Source of the DNA: an uncultured Alphaproteobacteria bacterium
Lineage (GTDB): Bacteria > Pseudomonadota > Alphaproteobacteria > Geminicoccales > Geminicoccaceae
DNA length: 64,000 bases
Assembly (NCBI GenBank): GCA_963731495.1
Contig: CAVSVZ010000006.1
Coordinates: 7,178 to 71,177, forward strand
Direction of reading: 5' to 3'
Of this stretch, positions 29,094 through 36,904 are shown piece after piece. The notes under the pieces were generated by a model that saw only the letters and a program-made list of their open reading frames with translations, searched no databases and had not been told where the DNA came from. Positions within the stretch are counted from its first letter, which is position 1; each line of letters begins with the position of its first letter. The position numbers and the translations under genes were made by a program.

Positions 29094-30406
29094 GTGATCC
29101 GGGAGGTGCTCCGGGTACGCCTCGATGCCGTGGATCTGGCCGAGCAACAGATCGCGGCTGCCTGGCCGGCGCCGGCGGCCGGGCCGCCCGATGCGGCGCC
29201 GATCCTGGTCTGGCCTTCGCCCCCGCGCCCGGATGTCGCGGCTAGCGGTGAGATTCCGTCCGAGGGGCGTGCGGCGCCGGGGGGTGCGGCTGGATCGACC
29301 GCCCGGGCGCGGGCCGATGTGCCGGCCGTGATCTGGCCGTCGCCGGCGCGGCCGGATGTCGCGGCCGGCAGCGGGATTCCGTCCGAGGGCGTGCGGCACC
29401 GGATGGTGCGGCTGGATCCGGCGCCAGGGTACTGGCCGATGTGCCGGCCGTGATCTGGTCGTCGCCGGTGCGATCGGATGTCGCGGCCGGCAGTGAGGTT
29501 TCGTCCGAGGGGCGTGCAGCGTCGGAGGGTGCTGCTGGATCCGGCGCCAAGGTGCTGGCCGATGTGCCGGCCGTGATCTGGCCGTCGCCGGCGCGGGCGG
29601 ATGTTGCGGCCGGCAGCGGGCCTCCGCCCGAGGAGCGTGCGGCGCAGGACGGTGCGGCGCGATCCGGCGCCAGCGTGGCGGCCGATCTTGGCGCGCCACC
29701 CGATGACGACGCTGGGTCCCGGACCGGCACTCCTTCCGAGACTGTGGCGACGCCACGGGTCGAGCGCGCGGACGGCGGGCAGGCGCCGGCCGCGGAGGTT
29801 GCGGACGGCGTCGGCATCAGCGTGTCGCGCGGCCTGGAGCCCGAGGGCGAGGCGCTGGCCCAGGTGGTCTGGGTGACCGATCGCACCGAGGATCTGCGCG
29901 CCGCCAGCCGCGCCGCCGGCGAGGCGCTGCGGGCCGGGCAGCCCGCGCGCGCGCTCGCGATCTATCAGGAGATCCTGACGCTCCTGCCCGGCGAGCGCTC
30001 GACCCTGCTCGGGGCGGCAGCGGCGTTGCGGCAGCTCGGACGGGCTGCCGAGACCGAGCACATCTACCGGCTGTTGCTGCGCAAGAATCCGCATGACCGG
30101 TTCGTCGAGACGGCGCTTTGGGGCCTGCTCGGCGAGCGTGAGCCACAGGCGGCGCTCGCGCAGCTCCGGCGGCTGGCCTGGCAGGATCGCGGTGACGGGC
30201 GGGTACGCGCGCAGATAGGCCTGATCCTGGCACGGCAGGGGCAGCTCGATCGGGCGATCGCCGAGCTGCAGGCGGCGCTGCGCCTCGATCCGGCCAATGC
30301 CCGCTACCGGGCCGATCTGCTCGCGCTGCGCGAGGCGATGGCCCGAGGCCCCCGCGCTGCCGACGGTTCCGAGCCGATCAGGGCGCTGGCGCCGACGCAC
30401 GAATGA
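29094..30406 (+). pseudogene. repeat-containing TPR protein (possible pilus accessory/pilotin-like), one frame change near 29387
   Basis: ORFs 29094..29453 and 29441..30406 join if one G is restored in a G-run. The N-terminal part carries four 41-aa repeats. The C-terminal ~170 aa are TPR-like (ALAIYQEILTLLPG..., AETEHIYRLLLRKNP..., LDRAIAELQAALRLDPANARY). The true start is uncertain. Confidence 0.55.
29199..29689. repeat. four tandem ~123-bp coding repeats
   Basis: Peptide units follow P(I/A)(L/V)(V/I)W(P/S)SP(P/A/V)R(P/S/A)DVAA(S/G)(G/S)..(P/S)SEGRAA(P/S).GAAGS.A...ADV. Unit 2 has GGG where unit 1 has GGGG. Confidence 0.85.
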
Positions 30407-30561
30407 GGCCGCTGGCAGAGGCGGCCGGACCAGCCGCCCTTTTTCGCGCCGGTCGGGCTCGCTGGCCACGCGCCTTCACCGAATCTTCACCAGCAGACAG
30501 CTTGATGAACCCTGCCCGAGGGCTGGCACCTCGAAGCGACGATCGGCGGGAAGAACGGTTC

Positions 30562-31654
30562 ATGGATATCGACAGGCTGCTGCAGCAGGCGATCGAGCTG
30601 GGCGCGTCGGATCTCCATCTGTCTGGCGGCACCCGCCGACCGTCCGGATCGATGGCGACATCCAGCGGCTCGATGCGCCACCGCTGGCGGGCGCCGAGAT
30701 CGGCACCATGCTGGCCGCGCTGCTCGCCGAGCCCCAGCGCGCCCAGCTCGAAGCCGACCTCGAGCTGGACCTTGCGATCGAGCACCGGAGCGGTGTGCGC
30801 TTTCGCGTCAATGCGTTCACGAACCGGGCCGGGCCCGCCGCGGTCTTCCGCGTGATCCCGCAGGGCATTCCGGCGCTGGCGGAGCTGGGCGCGCCGCCCG
30901 CGGTCGAGCGCGTCACCGTGCTGCAAAAAGGTCTGGTGCTGGTCACCGGCCCGACCGGCAGCGGCAAGTCGACCACCCTGGCGGCCCTGATCGACCACAT
31001 CAACACGACCGCCGCCCGCCACATTCTCACGATCGAGGATCCGATCGAGTTCACCCATCGCTCGAAGCGCTCGCTGATCAACCAGCGCGAGATCGGACGC
31101 GACAGCCGTTCCTTCGCCCGCGCCCTGCGCAGCGCGCTGCGCGAGGACCCGGACGTCATTCTGGTCGGCGAGCTGCGCGACCTCGAGACCATCAGCCTGG
31201 CGCTCACCGCCGCCGAGACCGGCCATCTGGTGCTCGGGACGCTGCATACGACCTCGGCCGCCAAGACCATCGATCGGCTGATCGATGTGTTCCCCTCGGC
31301 CGACAAGGCGATGGTCCGGACCATGCTCAGCGGCTCCCTGCGGGCGGTGATCGCCCAGACCCTGCTGCGGCGCAGGGACGGTGCCGGCCGCGTTGCCGCC
31401 TTCGAGATCCTGATCGGGACGCCGGCGGTCGCCAATCTGGTCCGCGCGACGAATCCCAGATCAGCGCAGATCAGACGCCGATGGGGCTGATCGACGCCGC
31501 CGAAGCGGTGCGCGGATCGGCCGCATGGACCGGCGAAGGACAGTCGAGCCGCAGCTCCCTGGCGCTCGACCTCGCATCGGCGGCTGGCGTCGGTCCCGAC
31601 AAGCGGGCCGGGCCCCGCCTGGCCGCCGCGGCCGAGCCGGACTATGCATTCTAG
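30562..31654 (+). pseudogene. pilT: PilT-type twitching-motility (retraction) ATPase, two frame changes
   Basis: Starts MDIDRLLQQAIELGASDLHLS (frame of ORF 30403..), then shifts near 30623. The core then reads PPTVRIDGDIQRL...GPTGSGKSTTLAA...ILTIEDPIEF...ILVGELRD...GHLVLGTLHT (ORF 30297..31490). After a shift near 31450 the tail reads RDESQISA..MGLIDAAEAV...DYAF* and ends at TAG 31652-31654, overlapping the secretin start. Confidence 0.8.
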
Positions 31655-33494
31655 CCAGCCGGACCAAGGGCCGAGCCCCAAATCGCGTCGGGGTGGCAGG
31701 AAACGCCGCGGCCGGGTCGCCGCGGCGCTGCTGCTGGCCGGCGTGCTGGTTGCGTGCGAGTCGGACCCGTTCGGCGAGCAGGATCGCTACGCCCATCTCA
31801 GCCGTGACGATTTCCGTGAGGCGCTCGAGCCCCGTCCCGTGCCGACCAAGGCCGAGGCGCCGGACGGGCCGCTCTCGCTGGCGCCCGAGCTCGAGCCGCT
31901 GCTCGATCTGCCCGAGGGGCCCTCGGCGATCGAAGGCAAGCTGGTCTCGATCTCGGTCAACGAGACGGTGCCGCTCAAGGACGTGCTGATCGAGCTTGCC
32001 CGCAAGGCGGAGGTCGACCTCGAGCTCGACCCGCGGATCGAGGGCGGCATCATCCTGACCATGCGCGATCGCCCGTTGCGCGACGTGATCGACCGGATCG
32101 CCGCGCTCGCCGGGCTACGTTATGAGTTCAGCGAGCAGGGCGTGCGCATCGCGCTCGACGAGCCCTACTATGCCAACTATCGGCTCGACTATCTGCATCT
32201 GACCCGGCAGTCGACCAGCTCGATCGAGACGTCGACCAGTATCACCGGCGGCGGCGCGGTCGAGGGCAACGCGTCGTCGAGCCAGGTCGGTGGCCAGAGC
32301 GAGAGCAACTTCTGGGCCGAGGTCGAGACCAGCCTCACCCAGATCCTGGCCAATTCCGCACCACAAAAACCGGTGATGCGCACGGTTGCCGCCGCGTCCG
32401 CCACCGAGACGCAGGTCGAGGGGCCGGGCATTGCGCAGGCGCTCAGCCCGACGCCCGAGGTCGCGACGGCGGGCGCAGAGACCGACACGGCGACGGTGTC
32501 GGGCCAGGTCGACGAGGAGGTCGGCGAGTTCACGATCAACCGCCAGGCGGGCATCATCTCGGTGTTCGGCAATCAGCGCCAGCATCGCCTGGTCGCGGAC
32601 TACCTGGCCGCGCTCCACCGCTCGGTCAGCCGCCAGGTCCTGATCGAGGCCAAGATCATGGACGTGGCGCTGTCCGACGAGTTCAACTCGGGCATCAATT
32701 GGCGCGCAGTGTTCGACAACATGTACAGCATCGGCGCGCCGCTCGGGAATCTGGTGGCGCCGGGACCCTTCTCCGGGCCGTTCGATGCCACGCCGGAGGT
32801 AGTCACCCTGGCGGTCGACAACAGCGATCTCGACGTCATCTTCAACTTCGTCCAGAAGTTCGGCACGGTGCGGACCCTGTCGAGCCCGCGCATTGCGGTG
32901 TTGCAGAACCAGACCGCGGTCCTCAAGGTCGCCGAGAACCAGGTGTTCTTTCAGCTGTTTTTCGAGCGCGTCGAGCGCGACAACGGCGACGACGTGGTCA
33001 ACATCAGCAGCGAGATCAAGACCGTTCCGGTCGGTGTGGTGATCACGGTCCAGCCCTCGATCAATGAGAGGTCCGGAGCGATCAGCCTGGCGCTGCGGCC
33101 GAGCATCACGAGGGTCACCGAGGTGGTCAACGATCCGGCGGTAGCGATCGCCTCCAACAACACGGTGGAGTCGCAAGTTCCGGTGATCGGGGTTCAGGAG
33201 ATCGATTCGGTCGTGACCATGCAATCCGGCCAGGTCGTGGTCATGGGCGGGCTGATGCGCAACATCGCCGAGAGCGAGGATCAGGGCGTGCCGGTGCTCG
33301 GTCAGCTGCCGTGGCTCGGCTATCTGTTCAAGGGACACAGCGACACGTATCGCAAGAGCGAGCTGGTGATCTTCCTGCGCGCCACGATTCTCGAGGATGG
33401 CGCGGACGGCGGCATCGATCCCGTCGACGCCGAGTTCTACCGCCGCTTCGGCGGTGATCGTCATCCCTTCCCGATGCCGAGCCTCGCGCCATGA
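31644..33494 (+). CDS. secretin, lipoprotein type (MshL/PilQ-like)
   Basis: 616-aa ORF with lipobox LLAGVLVAC. The C-terminal secretin domain reads ...QVLIEAKIMDVALSDEF...VRTLSSPRIAVLQNQTAVLKV...GVPVLGQLPWLGYLFKGHSDTYRKSELVIFLRATI. Confidence 0.85.
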   Translation: MHSSQPDQGPSPKSRRGGRKRRGRVAAALLLAGVLVACESDPFGEQDRYAHLSRDDFREALEPRPVPTKAEAPDGPLSLAPELEPLLDLPEGPSAIEGKLVSISVNETVPLKDVLIELARKAEVDLELDPRIEGGIILTMRDRPLRDVIDRIAALAGLRYEFSEQGVRIALDEPYYANYRLDYLHLTRQSTSSIETSTSITGGGAVEGNASSSQVGGQSESNFWAEVETSLTQILANSAPQKPVMRTVAAASATETQVEGPGIAQALSPTPEVATAGAETDTATVSGQVDEEVGEFTINRQAGIISVFGNQRQHRLVADYLAALHRSVSRQVLIEAKIMDVALSDEFNSGINWRAVFDNMYSIGAPLGNLVAPGPFSGPFDATPEVVTLAVDNSDLDVIFNFVQKFGTVRTLSSPRIAVLQNQTAVLKVAENQVFFQLFFERVERDNGDDVVNISSEIKTVPVGVVITVQPSINERSGAISLALRPSITRVTEVVNDPAVAIASNNTVESQVPVIGVQEIDSVVTMQSGQVVVMGGLMRNIAESEDQGVPVLGQLPWLGYLFKGHSDTYRKSELVIFLRATILEDGADGGIDPVDAEFYRRFGGDRHPFPMPSLAP

Positions 33495-34258
33495 CCAGCC
33501 TGCGTCCGCTGATCGCCTATCTGCTCCGCTCCGCGCTGGGGGACCGGCTGCTCACGGTGCTGGCGCTGGCGACCGTGGCCGGCGCGGCGCTCGCCGCCTT
33601 CGTCGGCAGCACGGCACTGGTGGAGAAGAGCGAGCTCACCACCGTCTATGCCGCCACCGCCGGCCGGTTCGTCGTGGTGGTCTGCCTGGTGCTGTTCACC
33701 TGCTTCCATGTGCGGCGGGCCTTCGAGACCCGTGAGGTCGATCTCCTGCTGTCGCGTCCGATCTCGCGCTTCGGCTTCGTCCTGGCCGAGATCGCGAGCC
33801 TGGTGCTGCTGGCCGGGCTCGGTGCGCTGCTGGCGGGCATCATGGTGGGCGCGACGGGTCGGCCCGAGCTGCCGGCACTCGGCTTTTGGACCCTGAGCCT
33901 GGCGGTCGAGGCGGCGATCGTCGCCAGCGCGGCTCTGTTCTTCGCCCTGATGCTGAGCAGCGGCGTCGCCAGCGCGCTCGCCTGTCTGGGCTTCTACGTG
34001 CTGTCCCGGATGATCGGCCTGTTGAGCGGCATCGCAGCCGCCCATGCCGGCGCCGGAGCGCTTGCCTGGCTGACCGATCAGGTGGTGTTCCTGCTCGGCC
34101 TGGTGCTGCCCCGGCTCGACCTGCTGGCCCGTACCAGCTGGCTGGTGCATGGCGCGGCGGAGCCTGCCGGTATCGGACTGGTGCTCGCCCAGGGCGTGGC
34201 CTATCTGGCCCTGCTGAGCGCGGTCGCCTGCATCGATTTCGAGCGCCGGGCGCTATGA
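33491..34258 (+). CDS. ABC-2-type permease-like membrane protein
   Basis: 255-aa ORF with an ATGA overlap with the secretin stop and ~6 hydrophobic helices. The segment FETREVDLLLSRPISRFGFVLAE resembles the E..E..LLLS.P.SR motif of ABC-2 permeases. Confidence 0.55.
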   Translation: MTSLRPLIAYLLRSALGDRLLTVLALATVAGAALAAFVGSTALVEKSELTTVYAATAGRFVVVVCLVLFTCFHVRRAFETREVDLLLSRPISRFGFVLAEIASLVLLAGLGALLAGIMVGATGRPELPALGFWTLSLAVEAAIVASAALFFALMLSSGVASALACLGFYVLSRMIGLLSGIAAAHAGAGALAWLTDQVVFLLGLVLPRLDLLARTSWLVHGAAEPAGIGLVLAQGVAYLALLSAVACIDFERRAL

Positions 34259-34974
34259 GCAGAGCCCGGCGGCGCGCCCTGATCGTGCTGGCCGCGGCGC
34301 TTGCTCTGCATGCCGCGCTGGCGCTGCATCATCGCGCGCTGCGCGCCGACTGGACGGGCGTGCCACCGGCGCCGCCGGTCCTGATCGCCCCGGCGATGGC
34401 GTTGGGGGACTCTCAGCTGTTCTACCGTGCTGCCGCCTTTGCCCTGCAGAACATGGGCGACGAGGGCGGCCGGATGACGCCGCTGGGCGACTACGACTAT
34501 GGCCGACTGGGCGACTGGCTCGATCTGCTCGATCTGCTCGATCCGCAGGCGCGCTACGCGCCGACCCTGGCCGCCTACTATTTCGGCCAGACGCCCAACC
34601 CGCATGACCTGCGACGTATCATCGCATATCTGAGCCGCGTCGGCGCGCGTGATCCAGCCCACAACTGGCGCTGGCTGACCCATGCCGCCTATCTGGCGCG
34701 GCACCGGCTGAAGGATCTGCCGCTGGCGCTCGAGGTGGCGCGCCACCTTGCCGGGCTGCCCGAAGGCGACGTGCCGCTCTGGGTGCGCCAGATGCCGGCC
34801 TTCGTGATGGCCGAGGTCGGCGAGCGCGAGGCGGCGCGCGATCTGATGGCGACGATTCGCGCGACCGACACCAACCTTTCGCCCGATGAGGTCGCCCTGA
34901 TCGATCGGTTCATCGAGGCTCAGGATCCGGCGCGGCAGCCGAATGCCCAGGCCGATGACGGCGAGCGCCGGTGA
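34255..34974 (+). CDS. hypothetical protein with N-terminal TM/signal anchor (cluster-specific)
   Basis: ATG 34255 (MSRARRRALIVLAAALALHAALAL...) has an ATGA overlap with the permease stop. No family recognised. Confidence 0.5.
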   Translation: MSRARRRALIVLAAALALHAALALHHRALRADWTGVPPAPPVLIAPAMALGDSQLFYRAAAFALQNMGDEGGRMTPLGDYDYGRLGDWLDLLDLLDPQARYAPTLAAYYFGQTPNPHDLRRIIAYLSRVGARDPAHNWRWLTHAAYLARHRLKDLPLALEVARHLAGLPEGDVPLWVRQMPAFVMAEVGEREAARDLMATIRATDTNLSPDEVALIDRFIEAQDPARQPNAQADDGERR

Positions 34975-35001
34975 CCGCGAGCATTCACGTATCGTTATCG
35001 A

Positions 35002-35017
35002 ATGGCAGGCATGTTGC
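35002..35017 (+). promoter_or_regulatory. sigma-54 (RpoN) -24/-12 promoter upstream of the pilin genes
   Basis: TGGCAGgcatgTTGCA versus consensus TGGCAC-N5-TTGCW. GG and GC have the correct spacing, with one mismatch. It lies 83 nt upstream of pilin ATG 35100. Confidence 0.55.
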
Positions 35018-35099
35018 AGCCACAACAACGGGGCAGGCTGTCCGATCTCGAGGGCGGCAGAGCCCCGGCATCAGACCAGAAACCGGGACCGAGGATGCC

Positions 35100-35822
35100 A
35101 TGAAGACAGTTCGATCGATCGGTGGCGCTTCGCCAAGTGCGGGCAGGCGCGAGTCGCAGCAAGGCTTCACCCTGGTCGAACTGGCGATTGTGCTCGTGAT
35201 CATCGGTCTGATCATCGGCGGCATCCTGAAGGGACAGGAGCTGATCGCCAGCGCGCGTCTCAAGTCGACGCTGACCGACGTCGACGCGATCCGGGCGGCC
35301 TCGGCGACCTTTCAGGACAAGTATGGCGGCTTTCCCGGCGACTATTTCCAGGGCCAGGCCCAGCTCGGCACGCCCAACGGCATCACCTGGACCTCGCCGC
35401 GCTGCAACGGCGGCAACCAGCTGTGCGACGGCGACGGCATCATCGAAGGCAACGGGCGGACCAACGAGACCTTGCTGTTCTGGCAACATCTCACCCTCGG
35501 CAACCTGATCTCGGGCATCGAGGTCGCGGCCTCGGTCGACGATTCGATCGGCGCCGGCCTGCCCTCGGCCGCGATCGGCGGCGGCCTTGCGGTGCAGTAC
35601 CAGGCGATCAGCGGCCGCACCACGCACTGGTTGCGGCTCGGCACAGGCGCAGCACTGACCACCGGCGTCGCGACCGGCGTCCAGGCGGACGGCATCGACA
35701 GCAAGATCGACGACGGCCGTCCCGGCACCGGCTCCGTGCGGGTCACGACCTCGGCATGCATCGACCGCGGCGACTACAATCCCAACGGCGACCAGTGCCT
35801 GATGTACTACGAGCTCAACTAG
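35100..35822 (+). CDS. type IV pilin / pseudopilin with prepilin N-terminal methylation motif
   Basis: MKTVRSIGGASPSAGRRESQQG|FTLVELAIVLVIIGLIIGG, with G-1, F+1, E+5 and a 22-aa leader. RBS is GAGGA. It has a C-terminal Cys pair (...TSACIDRGDYNPNGDQC...). Confidence 0.8.
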   Translation: MKTVRSIGGASPSAGRRESQQGFTLVELAIVLVIIGLIIGGILKGQELIASARLKSTLTDVDAIRAASATFQDKYGGFPGDYFQGQAQLGTPNGITWTSPRCNGGNQLCDGDGIIEGNGRTNETLLFWQHLTLGNLISGIEVAASVDDSIGAGLPSAAIGGGLAVQYQAISGRTTHWLRLGTGAALTTGVATGVQADGIDSKIDDGRPGTGSVRVTTSACIDRGDYNPNGDQCLMYYELN

Positions 35823-35851
35823 CCCACATGGTGGCTCCGGGGCGGCGGCCG

Positions 35852-36757
35852 ATGTCCCGCCTTCCGCTCCCCGCGCGCCGGGGGCGCTCGATCCGACCGG
35901 CGCGCAGCAACCGCTCGCCGTCGATCGGCGGCCCCGGCAGGCCCGTGCCGGCTGAGTCCGGCTTCACGCTGATCGAGCTGGCGATCGTGATGGCGGTGGT
36001 CGGCATCATCCTGGGCGGTGCGGTCCAGCTGCTCGGCGGCCAGCTCGACCATCAGCATGCCAAGATCACGCGCGAGCGCCTGCAGATCGCCTATGACGCG
36101 CTGGTCGCGTTCTACGCAACCAATACCTACCTTCCCTGTCCGGCCGACGGCTCGCTCGAGCGCGGCGACGCGAACTTCGGGCGCGCCCAGCCCGAAGGCA
36201 GCGGCGCCTGCACTGGCGGCGCGGTCGCCCCGAACGAGCGGGTGCTGCCCTGGCGCACGCTCGGTCTGCAGGACGGGCAATCCTACGATGGCTGGTATCG
36301 GCGCCTGAGCTACCATGTCAGCGATCCGCTCACCACGGCTGGCACCACCGGACCGGGCACGCTGGCGGTGCGCGACGGCGCGGCCGGCACGCCCGGCAGC
36401 AGCGAGCTGAGCGCGAATGCCGCCTTCGTGATCCTGAGCCACGGCGAGAATGGCTTGGGCGGCTGGCTCGAGAGCGGGCAGCGCATGAGCACCAGCGGCA
36501 TTCCGACCGATGAGGCCGAGAACGCCGACGGCGCGGAGCCGTTCGTCGACCGGCCGATCAGCGAGCTGGACGATGACGCGTTCGACGACGTGACGCTGTG
36601 GCGCGAGAAGCCGGCCCTGGCGCAAGCCGCGGGCGCGGTGTTCTCGGGCGCGATCTGCGGGGCGGCGGACACGCTCTGGGCCGACAACGGCTGTGCCCTC
36701 GGCAGCACGGACGAAGCGTGCGTCGCCGCCGGCGCGATCCGTTCGCGCTGCGGCTGA
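35852..36757 (+). CDS. second prepilin-type protein
   Basis: MSRLPLPARRG...PVPAESG|FTLIELAIVMAVVGIILGG, with a ~37-aa leader. The 301-aa protein has several Cys residues in the C-terminal region. Confidence 0.75.
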   Translation: MSRLPLPARRGRSIRPARSNRSPSIGGPGRPVPAESGFTLIELAIVMAVVGIILGGAVQLLGGQLDHQHAKITRERLQIAYDALVAFYATNTYLPCPADGSLERGDANFGRAQPEGSGACTGGAVAPNERVLPWRTLGLQDGQSYDGWYRRLSYHVSDPLTTAGTTGPGTLAVRDGAAGTPGSSELSANAAFVILSHGENGLGGWLESGQRMSTSGIPTDEAENADGAEPFVDRPISELDDDAFDDVTLWREKPALAQAAGAVFSGAICGAADTLWADNGCALGSTDEACVAAGAIRSRCG

Positions 36758-36904
36758 GCGCGTGGCCGGTCAGGCCGGCTCGATGGTTCACCAATTCTCA
36801 AAAACTCCGGGGTCCAATGCCCTTGTCGGGTGGTGGGCCGATGCTGCCCGGCGCCCGTCCCCGAGGCAGCGACCCTGCAGGAGGCCAGTCGGAAGCCCGT
36901 GACC

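Noticed and set aside
13272-29689. Tandem repeats at 13272-13476 and 29199-29689 considered as CRISPR arrays
   Set aside because: The units are contiguous with no unique spacers and are far longer than CRISPR repeats. The second set is in-frame coding sequence, and no cas genes are present.
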